From Eledone cirrhosa (lineage: Eukaryota), in contig OZ024749.1 of the NCBI GenBank assembly GCA_964016885.1, positions 1,984,001 to 2,048,000 of the forward strand: 64,000 nt of DNA, given 5' to 3'. The notes under the pieces were generated by a model. It saw only the letters and a program-made list of their open reading frames with translations. It searched no databases and was not told the DNA's origin. A program made the position numbers and the translations under genes. Positions 1-11,133 of the stretch are shown here, piece after piece. How positions within the stretch are numbered: the stretch's first letter is position 1; every line of letters begins with the position of its first letter.

Positions 1-70
1 TATGTATATATGTATGTATATATATATATGTACGTATGTATATATGTATGTATGTATATATATATATATG

Positions 71-657
71 TACTGGTAACATGTATCCCAGTACAACCTG
101 TCTCATGGTCGGGTCGTTGGCGACTAAACTGGCAACCCCACCAAGGTTTCTTGGTGAGGAGGGTGGCTTTGGACATCCTGCAGGACTAAAAACAAAACCT
201 GTCAAAGGGCAAAGGAGCTCTTAAGAGTCAATGGCCATCCAAAATCACTGGGAGAGATGACCCCTTAGCCTTTGTCAAGGCAGAATTCTAGGAGAAGGAA
301 AACTCTGATATAACACCTGCAACTCTGATGGTATCCAATGATGTTGACTTGTTCTTCTTTTTGGTAAATATCTTGGTTAAGAGAGTGGGACTGGCTTTGT
401 GCAGTGCCTTTGCTCACTATAAAAGCTTCACGGCACAGGCATTGCTTTATATCTGGAGATCTCTCTGCACTTGTCGTCACATGGTACCATGGGTCCAGCA
501 CTATGTGTCAATAATTGTCACAAGTGTAGTGTTTGTACCAGAGTTTTCAAGTCGCTGGCTGGACTAAAAAGTCACACTCGTTCAGCGCATCGGTTGGGGT
601 TCTCCTACATGGATATAAAGTAGTGGCCGTACTCGAAAACGAGTTGGCAGCCACCAT
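71..657 (+). mobile_element. Bipartite non-autonomous RTE-derived element, family A (slightly 5'-truncated)
   Basis: RTE-type 5'UTR motif CTAGGAGAAGGAAAACTCTGATATAA. The 3' part encodes a C2H2 finger ([24 protein letters not shown]) like RTE ORF C-termini. Terminal stem-loop ACTCG-AAAA-CGAGT followed by an (ATGT)n tail. Near-identical copies at 19189 and 43147. Confidence 0.8.
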
Positions 658-752
658 GTATGTATATATGTATGTATGTATATATGTATGTATATATATA
701 CATATATTTATATATAGGTATATATATATATATACATATATTTATATATATG

Positions 753-846
<94 letters not shown>

Positions 847-874
847 TATGTGTATATGTGTGTATGTATGTATG

Positions 875-1343
875 TTCTTCTGGTTTTATAATTTCACAAA
901 GTTTTCCCAATAGAGAGAGAGAGTCGGTTTCTAACATAGATACAAGACTCTCTCATTGGAATTTACACAACATCAACTAGGTAGATATGTATGAATGCAT
1001 GCATGTGTAGATATGGATGTTATTGTATGTGTGGATGTGTATGTTTCGAGTTGTATGTGTGCATATGTATATGTTTTGTATCTGTACATGTGTATATGCA
1101 GTTATTAGATGCAGAATTTTTGGAATGTTTTACATATGTTTACTGTACCATTAATGGATTGTACTTGTAGTTTCCTAACTAGTTGTGTTCTTTCTGTTCC
1201 TGTGAAGCCTAGCTTCTCAAGATTTGTATTGAGGCAGTTACTAACATATCCTAGTGCCCCAATAATCACAGGCATACATCTGAAGGTGTAAACAGGGTGG
1301 AGTATCTGCAGAATACTCATCAGTTCTGCATAAATATTCTCCT
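875..1343 (-). mobile_element. 3' fragment of a second R4/Dong-like RLE retrotransposon subfamily
   Basis: Translation ENIYAELMSILQILHPVYTFRCMPVIIGALGYV...ICKTFQKF* is homologous to the C-terminus of the 1445-4354 ORF but has a different 3'UTR; bounded by (CATA)n on both sides. Confidence 0.8.
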
Positions 1344-1363
1344 TATGTATGTATGTATGTATG

Positions 1364-4354
1364 TTTTCTCTTTCTCTTAATTTCGAGTATATTTTTTTGA
1401 CCGGCCACCTTCCTGGTGGCAAGGTTGTAAAAGAAAAGAAATTGTCATCCCTTGAATCGCAAGAATGTTTTGCATATTTTGAAGGTGCCAGCTATCGCAG
1501 CCATTTGTAGACTATGAATTAGGGAGCTGCGCTTTTTGTCCGCAAATCCAAGTTCGGTCATACTTTGGTCCAAGCAGGTTGGTATATAACCCGTAGCACC
1601 AATAATGATGGGTATGAAGCTAAAGGTGTATCTTGGATACTGGATTTGTAAGCTCCTCATCAATGGTCCGTAGATGTCCTCCTTCTCCTGTATTTTTCTG
1701 ACAACGTTTACATCAAGTGGGCAGCTGATATCCACAACAGAACACGTTTTCAATGTGTGGTCCCAAACTACAATATCAGGCCGGTTGTGCTTTAATTTGG
1801 TGGCAGTTTTTATTTTCAGGTTCCACCAGTATTCCTTAGTGCCATCTGTCTCAATATATTCTTCCTCGTTTGTTGTTAATTTTGTTTTCCGAAGTGCGTT
1901 CCAGATAGTTCTAGCTATCCCATCGTGTCTCATGGGGAGGTAGTAGCGAGATGACATTCTTTCGCAGCTGGCAACAATGTGGCTTACATCCTCGATCTTT
2001 GTTTTACATAGCCTACATTTATTGTCAGCTGCTGGCCCTCCTCTTTTGTGCAGCAGATATTTGGTAGGGAGTTCTTGTTCCTGTATTGCATAGAGATATC
2101 CCTCAAGGTGTGATGTCATAAACTTGTCGGAACTCCATGCCAGGCTTTTTGAGTGGTTTATCCCCTCTATGGTCTGTGTTTTACGCCTCAAGTATCCATG
2201 CACAACTTTCTCTGTAAATTGGTCAATTTTTTTTTCTTGTTTGAACATTGAATAGGATCTTCCGATTTCTCTGGGTGAGAGATTTATATCAGGCTTTATT
2301 CCATATCTCTCCTCCAGATCAGTCGCTATTCTAATGATATTTCTTTTTTCATGCTCATAAACCTGAGCAAGATGGTCGCCAACCTTTTTCCTCTGTTGAA
2401 GGTGTTGCTTCAGTGTTACTATCCGGGTCTCATATGTTGTTAATATTGATTTTAGACCCCGGCCACCTTCCTTGCGTGAGAAGTATAGCCTATCCACATC
2501 ACCATTGATGTTAAAGTTCCCAGTAACACTGAGAAGTTTACGAGTTCTAACATCCATCTCACTTAGTTCTTGCAATGACCAGTTCAGTAGGCCAAATGTT
2601 GGCGTTATAATTGGCACAGCATAGGTATTGTGGGCAATGTATTTGTTGTATGCTGACAGTTCTGATGACCATATTTTTTTTACTCTTCTGAGGTATTCAG
2701 TTCTGGTTCTCTCCTTATTTATGGGTCCATCATATCTGACATTCTCATCCTGTCCAAGATATCTGTAGTTGTCACCTGACTGCAGAGGTTGTATTGTCAG
2801 GCCGTTCATATCTAGATTTCTAGAGGAGGGCACAGCTCTTCCACGTTTTACTGCCAAATATGCACACTTGGACTCACCAAATTTCATTTTGATGTCGGTT
2901 GAAAATTGTGTAATGAGGTCCAATTGTTTCTTGATGTCATTGATATTTGGCCCATACAACTTCAGGTCATCAACAAAGAAAAGATGGGAGATACTTCTGG
3001 GCCCACTTCTTTGTCCACCTTGTTTCCTGAGTAGGTAAGATAGTGGATTCAGTGAGAGAACGAAGAGTAGTACCGACAAGCTATCACCCTGAAAGATGCC
3101 CTTCTGGTAATGTATCCTATCAGTCTTAACCTGCTCCTTCTCACCTCTAAGGATCAAATTGGTGTACCAGTTCTTGGTCAGGCGTTCAACAGCAGCTACT
3201 AATGGTTGTGGGACTTTAGCTAACTGTAAAGCCTTAATAATCCACCCATGAGGTACACTATCAAATGCTTTTTGATAGTCCAGCCACACGACAGTCATGT
3301 TTCTGCGATTCTTTGTTGTTTTTTCCTGAATCATTTTGTTAGTTAGTAGGTGATCTATGCAACCCCACACCTCCCTCTTTCCACCAGCTTGCTCAGGTGT
3401 TATGATGTTGTTGGTAGCAAAGTGATCCTGTAAGAACAGGTTAAGGCACCCAGTATATAATTTATACATGATGTTTTGGCAGGCAATTGGGCGGTAATTT
3501 TTAGCAAGGGTGGTTTGGCTATTTTTGGGAATGAGGAGAGTAGTGGCAGTTGATAACCATCTGGGCAGTTCTTGTGTGCCCTTAATGGTTTCTGTAAACA
3601 GCCGTATGAGATCTTGCCGATAGAAAGTGAAATTCTTCAACCAGTATCCTGTAATGAGGTCTGGGCCTGGCGATTTCCTATTCGACATTTTCTGTAGAGC
3701 TGTTTCCAGTATTGACCCATCTATGTCATATTGTTTTGTCTGGACATGTTGGCAGTAGTCCTGTTCCAGTTGTTTTAGCCAATTAGCTTGTCTGTTGAAT
3801 CCGTCATCCGTTTCCCATACAGATCTCCAGTAGTTCTCAACCTGTTCTTTTGAAGGGGTGTCGTTTACAGGGATTGAGCTTTTGCCACTGAAGCTGCGAT
3901 AAACTGATTTAGGATCTCTGGCAAACAATCTATTTAGCACTTGTCGTTTATGGGCTGTTGACTTATATTTTAGTCTTTCTGTTGTAGCTGTGAGTTGTTG
4001 TTTCAACTGGTGTAATTTGGAGTTCAAAGTTTTAAATTTGGTATCTCCAAATCGTCTCTCTAACTTTTTCTTTAGGTCTTCCTGGTGTCGTGTGAAGTTT
4101 CTCTCTATGTTGCATTTCATAACGACTGCGATGTGTGAGATACTTCGTCTCAGGGACAAAATTTTGGTTTTTAAATTTCGCATCCACGCTGGTTCAGGCT
4201 TTCTGTTTGTATCTTGATTGCGTGGTTTTAGATGTGTGTTATATGATAGCAATGTGACAGCTGAAACATATAACAAAACATTGAGCGTTTCAAATGTCGT
4301 TTCTACACCTTTAGATCGTATAGCCTTCAGATAATTGCCAGCTATTTCGTTCAT
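1364..4354 (-). mobile_element. R4/Dong-clade RLE non-LTR retrotransposon, 5'-truncated
   Basis: Single long ORF plus ~80 nt 3'UTR; (CATA)n at both junctions (1344-1363 and 4354-4410). Confidence 0.9.
1445..4354 (-). CDS. Reverse transcriptase + CCHC zinc knuckle + restriction-like endonuclease (~969 aa, no stops)
   Basis: RT motifs NYRPIAC, WLDYQKAFDSVPH, GIFQGDSLS, HLFFVDDLKLY, YRYLG, RLYFSRKEGGRGL; CRLC..H...C knuckle; RHD and RPDIV..D endonuclease motifs. The track's N-terminal extension to 4444 is microsatellite plus neighbouring element. Confidence 0.92.
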   Translation of the reverse strand: MNEIAGNYLKAIRSKGVETTFETLNVLLYVSAVTLLSYNTHLKPRNQDTNRKPEPAWMRNLKTKILSLRRSISHIAVVMKCNIERNFTRHQEDLKKKLERRFGDTKFKTLNSKLHQLKQQLTATTERLKYKSTAHKRQVLNRLFARDPKSVYRSFSGKSSIPVNDTPSKEQVENYWRSVWETDDGFNRQANWLKQLEQDYCQHVQTKQYDIDGSILETALQKMSNRKSPGPDLITGYWLKNFTFYRQDLIRLFTETIKGTQELPRWLSTATTLLIPKNSQTTLAKNYRPIACQNIMYKLYTGCLNLFLQDHFATNNIITPEQAGGKREVWGCIDHLLTNKMIQEKTTKNRRNMTVVWLDYQKAFDSVPHGWIIKALQLAKVPQPLVAAVERLTKNWYTNLILRGEKEQVKTDRIHYQKGIFQGDSLSVLLFVLSLNPLSYLLRKQGGQRSGPRSISHLFFVDDLKLYGPNINDIKKQLDLITQFSTDIKMKFGESKCAYLAVKRGRAVPSSRNLDMNGLTIQPLQSGDNYRYLGQDENVRYDGPINKERTRTEYLRRVKKIWSSELSAYNKYIAHNTYAVPIITPTFGLLNWSLQELSEMDVRTRKLLSVTGNFNINGDVDRLYFSRKEGGRGLKSILTTYETRIVTLKQHLQQRKKVGDHLAQVYEHEKRNIIRIATDLEERYGIKPDINLSPREIGRSYSMFKQEKKIDQFTEKVVHGYLRRKTQTIEGINHSKSLAWSSDKFMTSHLEGYLYAIQEQELPTKYLLHKRGGPAADNKCRLCKTKIEDVSHIVASCERMSSRYYLPMRHDGIARTIWNALRKTKLTTNEEEYIETDGTKEYWWNLKIKTATKLKHNRPDIVVWDHTLKTCSVVDISCPLDVNVVRKIQEKEDIYGPLMRSLQIQYPRYTFSFIPIIIGATGYIPTCLDQSMTELGFADKKRSSLIHSLQMAAIAGTFKICKTFLRFKG

Positions 4355-4412
4355 GTATGTATGTATGTATGTATGTATGTATGTATGTATGTATGTATGT
4401 ATGTATGTATAT

Positions 4413-4934
4413 ATCGGGTCACTTTTCAGTGCAACTGGTAACATCTAACCCAGTACAACCTGTCGCATGGTCGGGTCGTCGGCGACTAAACCGGCAACCC
4501 CACTAAGTTTACTTGGTGAGGAGGGTGATTTTGGACACCCTGTAGGACAAAAAACAAAACCTGACAAAGGGCGGAAGAACACATAATAGTCAACGGCCAT
4601 CCGAAAGTGTGTAAATATGTATATACACATGTACTGCGCGGTTAAACCACTGGGAGTGAGAGACCCCTAGCCTTTGTCAGGGCATTCTTCTAGAAGCCAT
4701 CTCAGGAAACTGGGTTAACTCCGATATAAAACCTGCGGCTCAGTTGTTACCGATGATGTTGATCTTTTCTTCTTTTCGGGTTATAGCTACTGTCGCTCAG
4801 AGAGTGGGATTGGCTCAGTGCACAGTCTTTCCTCACTTTAAAAAATATCTTCATGCACAGGCATTGCACGATAGAATTAATTAATAATGGTATATCGTGC
4901 AATGGCCATACTCGATAACGAGGGGGCAGCCATC
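4413..4934 (+). mobile_element. Bipartite non-autonomous RTE-derived element, family B
   Basis: 5' region homologous to family A; ends CTCG-ATAA-CGAG-GGGGCAGCCATC then (ATGT)n; copies at 4983, 43741, 62197. Confidence 0.78.
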
Positions 4935-4982
4935 ATGTATGTATGTATCTGTATGCATCTATGTATGTATGTAAGTATGTAT

Positions 4983-5470
4983 GACGGGTCACTCTTGAGT
5001 GCTACTGGTAACATGTAACCCAGTACAACCTGTCACATGGTTGGGTCGTCGGTGACTAAACCGGAAACCCCACCAAGTTTACTTGGTGGGGCGGTCATTT
5101 TGGACACCGTTCAGGACAAAAAACAAAACCTGACAAAGCGCGGAAGAACTCATAAGAGTCAACAGCCATCCAAAAGTGTGTAAATATACATATACATACA
5201 TATGTACATGTGTATATACATATGTGTATATACATGGGTGCATGTGTGTGTATATGCGGGGGGACATAGAAATAGTCGGACTGGAAACCCGATCGCGCGG
5301 TTAAACCACTGGGAGTGAAGGACCCCTAGCCTTTGTCAGGGCATTCTTCTAGGAGAAGGTAACTCAGGAAATATCCTCACGCAGAGGCATTGCACGATGG
5401 AATTAATTGATAATTATTAATAATGGTATATCGTGCAATGGCCATACTCGTTAACGAGGGGGCAGCCATC
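4983..5470 (+). mobile_element. Family B RTE-derived element (internal deletion), tandem with previous copy
   Basis: Same 5' and 3' ends as 4413-4934, separated from it only by a (TATG)n tail. Confidence 0.78.
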
Positions 5471-7029
5471 ATGTATGTATGTAAGTATGTATGTATGTAT
5501 ATATTTGTGTATGTATGTATGTATGTGTGTATATATATATATATGTATATATATATAAACGTATATATGTATATATGTATATATGTATGTACGTATGTGT
5601 GTATGTATATATATATATACGTATATATGTATATATGTATGTATGTATGTATGTATATATGTATGAATTTAAGTATGTATCTATGTTTGCGTATCAACCA
5701 ACCTACCTATCACCATATCTATATATTTACCCCCCCCCCCCCCTACCTCCACCTCTCACCCTTTCATTATTTTAGTCCTTTATTCTTCCGTTTTCATTTC
5801 TTTCAAATAAGGAAATGAAAAGATCCTCCCCGCTCTCTCTCTCTCTTTCTCGTTCACTCCTTCTCTCTCTCACTCTCTCTTTCTTTTCCCCCGCTCTCTT
5901 TGTATGTATGTTTGTTTATGTGTGCGTGTGAGTCTCTGTGTATGCGTGTTTGAGTGTATGTGTGTGTATGCGCGTGTGGTTGAGTGTATGTATGTTTATT
6001 TGTGTGCGTGCATATATCTGTGTATGTGTGTGCTTTGTGTGTATATATATATATATGTTTGTGTGTGAAAGAGATTGTGTGTATGCGTCTGTGTGCTTGT
6101 GTGCGCGTATGCGTGTGTGCGCGTCTGGTTGTGTGCGTGTGTGTGTGTGCATGCGCGCGTGTGTGTGTGTGAGGGAACTATAAGTAAAACATACAATAAA
6201 CTGCCTGCAAGAGAAACGTGACCAAGCTCTGGTATTAGTTCCCGGATGTTGCCGAGAGCAGAGGAAAGCCTTGTCGTGGTTATTTACAAAACATTACTAA
6301 CCAACATGATAGCATATCTACAGTATACCTGTAGCAAGTTCGTGTTAAATAACTGAAAAGAAAGAATACACACAACAAAAAGGAAGGAAAGAACAAACAA
6401 GGAAGAAATATAACAAAACACTAAACTTTAGAATAGCGACGACGCCCCCTCCACACAATCATCATCATCATCATCATCACCACACCTACCAACCACAAAA
6501 AAAAACAACGCCTACGACAACTCCGTCAACAACAAAAGAGCCATTAGTAACAACAAGTTTAACAACAAAAGGTCGCAAAAGGCAAAAACAAACACTGACA
6601 CACACACACACATACACACGTACGCATACATACACACACACTTTCACATACGCGCACACACACACACTGACACTCACGCCCAGACACTCACACAAACACA
6701 CAAGAAGGAAATAATTTTCGCAAAACAGGAAAAAATACGAAAATACTGTCGAGAAAATGAGTTTAGTAAAAGATATCATGAGAGAAATCTAACAAGGATT
6801 ATTATCATTATTATCCCGCCGAGGTTAGCTCTGCCTTTCATCCTTACGGGGTCGATAAAATAAAGTACCAGTAATGCACTGGGTAATTTGCTGGCCTTGT
6901 GCCTAAAGTAGAAACAATTATTAGTAGTACTATTATCATTATTATTATTATTATTATTAGTAGTAGTAGTAGTAGTGGTGGCGGTGGTGTTGGTAGCAGC
7001 AGCAGTAGTAGTAGTAGTAGTAGTAGTGC

Positions 7030-9375
7030 AAATACAGTGAATGGGAAGAGTGAACTGGTCAGGTATAGGCATACAAATGCTAATACAAACTGACCAGGAG
7101 TGCATCGAGGCAGTCCCAGATATCACAGACCTCGAGGAAGGACTCCAACTCCCTATAAGCGTCGAAGGAAAGCGCCCAAAGTGCTATATCTGTGTGAAGA
7201 AGGGTCACCTCAGGGTCTTCTGTCCGCAGAAGACAGCCAAGAAGAGTGTCCCCCTCCTTCCGCGGCCTGACCACTGCTACCAAGAGCAGGGCAGGTAACA
7301 GAGGCAGAAGACTCTTCCATGGTGAGTAGGAGGGCAACGTCCGTGGCACCAATACCAAAGTCACGGACAACTAAAACAGCGGAACAGTGGTGGCAACACC
7401 AACAGTCGCAATAGCTACACCGGCGGCAAAGTCGCCGGAGCGGGCTCCACTACCACCACCAACAGCCGTGGAGGACATACCCCTCCCAAACGCCACGGAA
7501 TCCGACATAGAGTCTGAGGCGGGAGTGAAGTGGTAAACGGTCTGCCACAAAAAACAAAAACAAAAAAAAACACTTAGCTTCACCCTCCAAAAGCGAAGGC
7601 AAACATAGACGGGTAAAGGCTGCAAGGCGACTCGCAGCAACGCGACCAACAACCACCACCACCAGCAGCATCACCACAAACATCAACATCGCAAACACAA
7701 GACAAACAACCCCCGCCCCTCTAAAAAAAAAAACATTACACACCCATAAACATGGAAAATCAAGAACTCTTAGAACATATAAAGCACCACACAGGCATTC
7801 GGGACAAACATTACTACACCCCACCAACACCAAGAACTTTCCCGAAAAATATAAAGATTATTGAAATCAAAATAGAACATTATAAACTTTTAAAAGAAAA
7901 ATTCCCCAATGCAGTTGGAGAGTTAGTTAGAAAGCTAGAAGAGGCGTTTAGGACAGGCATCGCAACCGACGTGCTTGCGGCGAGATTGGCACTCGACCAA
8001 TTCTTCAACGCAAAGCATGATGGAGAAAAACTGGAGTAAGGTGACGAGTAGGGTGGCCTCTCTCACCCAGAATTGGGCCGAGAGGAGGCTCTCTCTGAAA
8101 GGTCGGGCGGAAGTGGCGAATGCGTACATAGCGTCCATCATCTGCTACCGCCTGACCGTCGTACCTTGCCCCCGCCCAACTCTGACCAAAATGAAGCGCC
8201 TTCTCTTCCGCTTTTTGAGGAAGGGACGTGCTCCCATGGTCAGACGATCCATTTGCTGTCAAACCCGTTGCGTGGACGACTATGCATGCCGTGGTTGATG
8301 ATGCGCAAACAAGCGCTGAGGCTGCGACAGCTGTGGTCGCCGTTTGCCAGACGCGCCATTTCCCAGCTCGTGTCCTTGACGGAGCTGCAGTCCTGGATCA
8401 GGAAAAGACCGAGGGTTAGCGCTTGGAAGCTGGAATATGTCCAAGCGCTCACCGCTCTCTACCAGCTGGGCACCAATATCGGTGGAACATCCACCTCGGC
8501 GTTCTATAGAGGGCTAGTGGAGGGAAAGAGCGACGACGTTCTCGGGGAGACCCTGGGCGTCGAAGACGATCAGCTGTTCGCTCTCTTCAAGAGAGCTTTC
8601 AGACCGGGGCCTATGGACAGCTTCCCAAAATCCCTGGCCTGGCAGTGCTACCGGGGAGCCTTGCCGGTTCGGGATAAGCTCTACAGGCACGGAGGAGCTG
8701 TCAGCCGAGCCTGTCCGAGATGCGCGCAGGGCGACGAAACCGTCCTGCACGCACTCGTTCAGTGCCCGAGGTTTGCTGACTAGTGGAGCTATGTCGAATA
8801 GCTGCTGTCGCGTGTAGGACGGATCCGGTTATCGACTGAGTCCATTCTGTAGATAGCCCCGCCATCTTCCTTTAAAGAGGAGGAAGGGCAGGCAGTTTTT
8901 ATCTGCCTGGTGGCCATGGCGAAAGAGATTGTGGTTGAAAGGGTTGAAGACGGACACTTTCCTCTTCGGCCAATCCCTGATTAACTTTTTCAAGCTTCAC
9001 TTGAAAAGGAAAATCAGGGTGGAGAGATAAGTGGTGTCTTCTAGTAAGTTTGTTGAAATGTGGGTGAAAGTGGCGAGTCTGGTCCGAGTGAACGGGCCCG
9101 CTCTGTGTATGCGCCTGTAGACTGAGGAGTGGAAAAACTGAGAGAGGGCGCTTGCCCTAGTGGTCAGGGTGCCGTGGCCTTTTGGTGTGGTTTTCGCCAC
9201 GAGTGACCCTCGGAGGTTTCCTCTTTTTTGTTTGAAATCTTTTGATTTCTAGCCGAATTTTATTATAACCTGTTTACACGACCAAAACCCACTTTGTATC
9301 GTCCTGTACTGTTCTGTGCCGTGTCTAATGTTTTTCTTCGTGTCAGCCCTTGTGGCCAATAAAGAAATCATTATT
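7030..9375 (+). mobile_element. Tx1/L1-clade LINE relic with large internal deletion
   Basis: ORF1 fragment with CX2CX4HX4C knuckle (VEGKRPKCYICVKKGHLRVFCP). ORF2 C-terminal fragments (WAERRLSLKGRAEVAN; YRGALPVRDKL..CPRCAQGDETVLHALVQCP, zf-RVT-like). AATAAA near 9357. Stops and frameshifts; no APE or RT core seen. Confidence 0.8.
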
Positions 9376-9478
9376 ATTAGTAGTATTATTACCATTATTT
9401 GGAGATTTTTTGAAGTTTTATGGTTAAATATCCTTTCACACGTCTTTGTTAAAACGTTTTCCAAATAACACATACAAA

Positions 9479-9520
<42 letters not shown>

Positions 9521-10389
9521 TGTGTATAAATATATATGTGTATATACACACCCACACATATATACACATACACGCATATATATACACACACGCATATACA
9601 CGCACACTCATACACACACATATATCTATATAAGTACATATCTATTTATACATATATGTATAAATGAAAATACGTATAACATGTGCACACTGAGAAACAG
9701 AAACGTGGCAGAGTTGTGAGAACGTTGGATAAAGTTTCCAGGTTTCTACCTTCCGAGATCTTCACCTGCCGAGATTCACTTTGTATTTCGTTACTTCGAG
9801 GTCGATTAGAAAGGACCAACTCATAGCTAGGTCAACCCTCTTTCTTTCCAGCAGTCATATCTTGGAGGGTCGGGAGTTTTTCCTGTGTGTTCGCGACTGC
9901 CTTGAGCACTTAAAAGCTTTACCTAACGTATGGTAATATAACCACACCCTCTCCATTGTGACTGACTGTAATATTTGCTCGTAATATATTTATCTGTGCA
10001 ATCAGCAGACGATATATTATTTGTTCTGATAGTCAGAATGTTCGATTCCTTTAGGTTACACCAGGTCATATGAGGTGTCAATGGACGTAATCGCTCAGTG
10101 TGCTACGCATGCGTGAGTTGTTTCGCTTATACATGCTCAGTGTCGGGTTTACCATTGTGTTTAAGTATGATTAAGCACAGGGCCCAAGTAAGGGACCTCA
10201 TAACTAACGCAGGACCTCCTTTGTACTAAACCTGGTTGTGTATATGTTATTAGATGAACACCCCCGACTACGGGATTGGATATGATGAAAGGACAAACAG
10301 GAATACTTTAAATTGATAAAGGAGAGGCATCTTCTGTTGTGTTGAAGTAAATTTCAGGAGTTAAAGAATACAAAAAGTAATAAAAACAG

Positions 10390-10515
10390 GTGAACGCGCG
10401 TTACCTGGTAGATAGAAAATTTGATTCGCGATCATTGGATGCTAGTTCGCTTCCTGGACCGGATGAAGCATTCATAATATCCTTGAGCAAGACATGTTAT
10501 TTCACGCTGCTCATT
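10390..10515 (+). mobile_element. Degenerate tRNA-derived CORE-like SINE fragment
   Basis: tRNA-like head then TCCTTGAGCAAGACATGTTATTTCACGCTGCTC, similar to 23075-23305. Confidence 0.5.
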
Positions 10516-11002
10516 TTTGCCAGGAATTGAAACCGATATATAATATCAACAATGGAAAGAAACATTGTTATCTTGGTTCGAACTGATAAGGTTTGCTGTG
10601 TTGATACAACGCTTCAGTTTGGTTCGAACTGACGAGGTTTGCTGTGTTAATACAACACATCAGTTTGTTTCAATTGTATGTCTTCAATCCGGTTTTGGTG
10701 CGAGTTTTAAAAAAATGTATACGAATTTGTCGAAGTGGTGTCACTTCGTGAAAACTTCAGTCTTTGTATTTAGGTAATTCATGGATTAAACAGGCAAAAA
10801 TAATGAATATGAGGTTCTTTTCACCTATGCATCGATTAATCGTATCTTTTTGAATTGAATTTAATTGTTGTTGAAATGCAAAACAAAATAATAAATAAGT
10901 AAACGACAGCAATAATTTTATATCGGCCACGGTAGAGAGAAGCAATGATAGATTGCAACAGGAATAAGGTGAAATAGAAAGAATAGAGATTGTCGTACTT
11001 AC

Positions 11003-11092
11003 TTCACTTATATCTTTGTAATACACCCGTTCCGTAAACCTTGGTGGATTGTCATTTACATTTGTAGGTATAATATTAACCGTTATAGTCAC
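11003..11092 (-). CDS. Exon of a cadherin-domain gene (end of an EC repeat and calcium-binding linker)
   Basis: 90 nt, phase 0-0, TTTTCAG acceptor and GTAAGT donor; VTITVNIIPTNVNDNPPRFTERVYYKDISE contains the xxNDNxPxF cadherin motif. Confidence 0.88.
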
Positions 11093-11133
11093 CTGAAAAT
11101 AAATAGGTTCATAATTAATGATAATAATAATAA

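Noticed and set aside
4355-4444. N-terminal extension of the 999-aa ORF
   Set aside because: Consists of (CATA)n and the antisense start of the neighbouring element; the retrotransposon is 5'-truncated.
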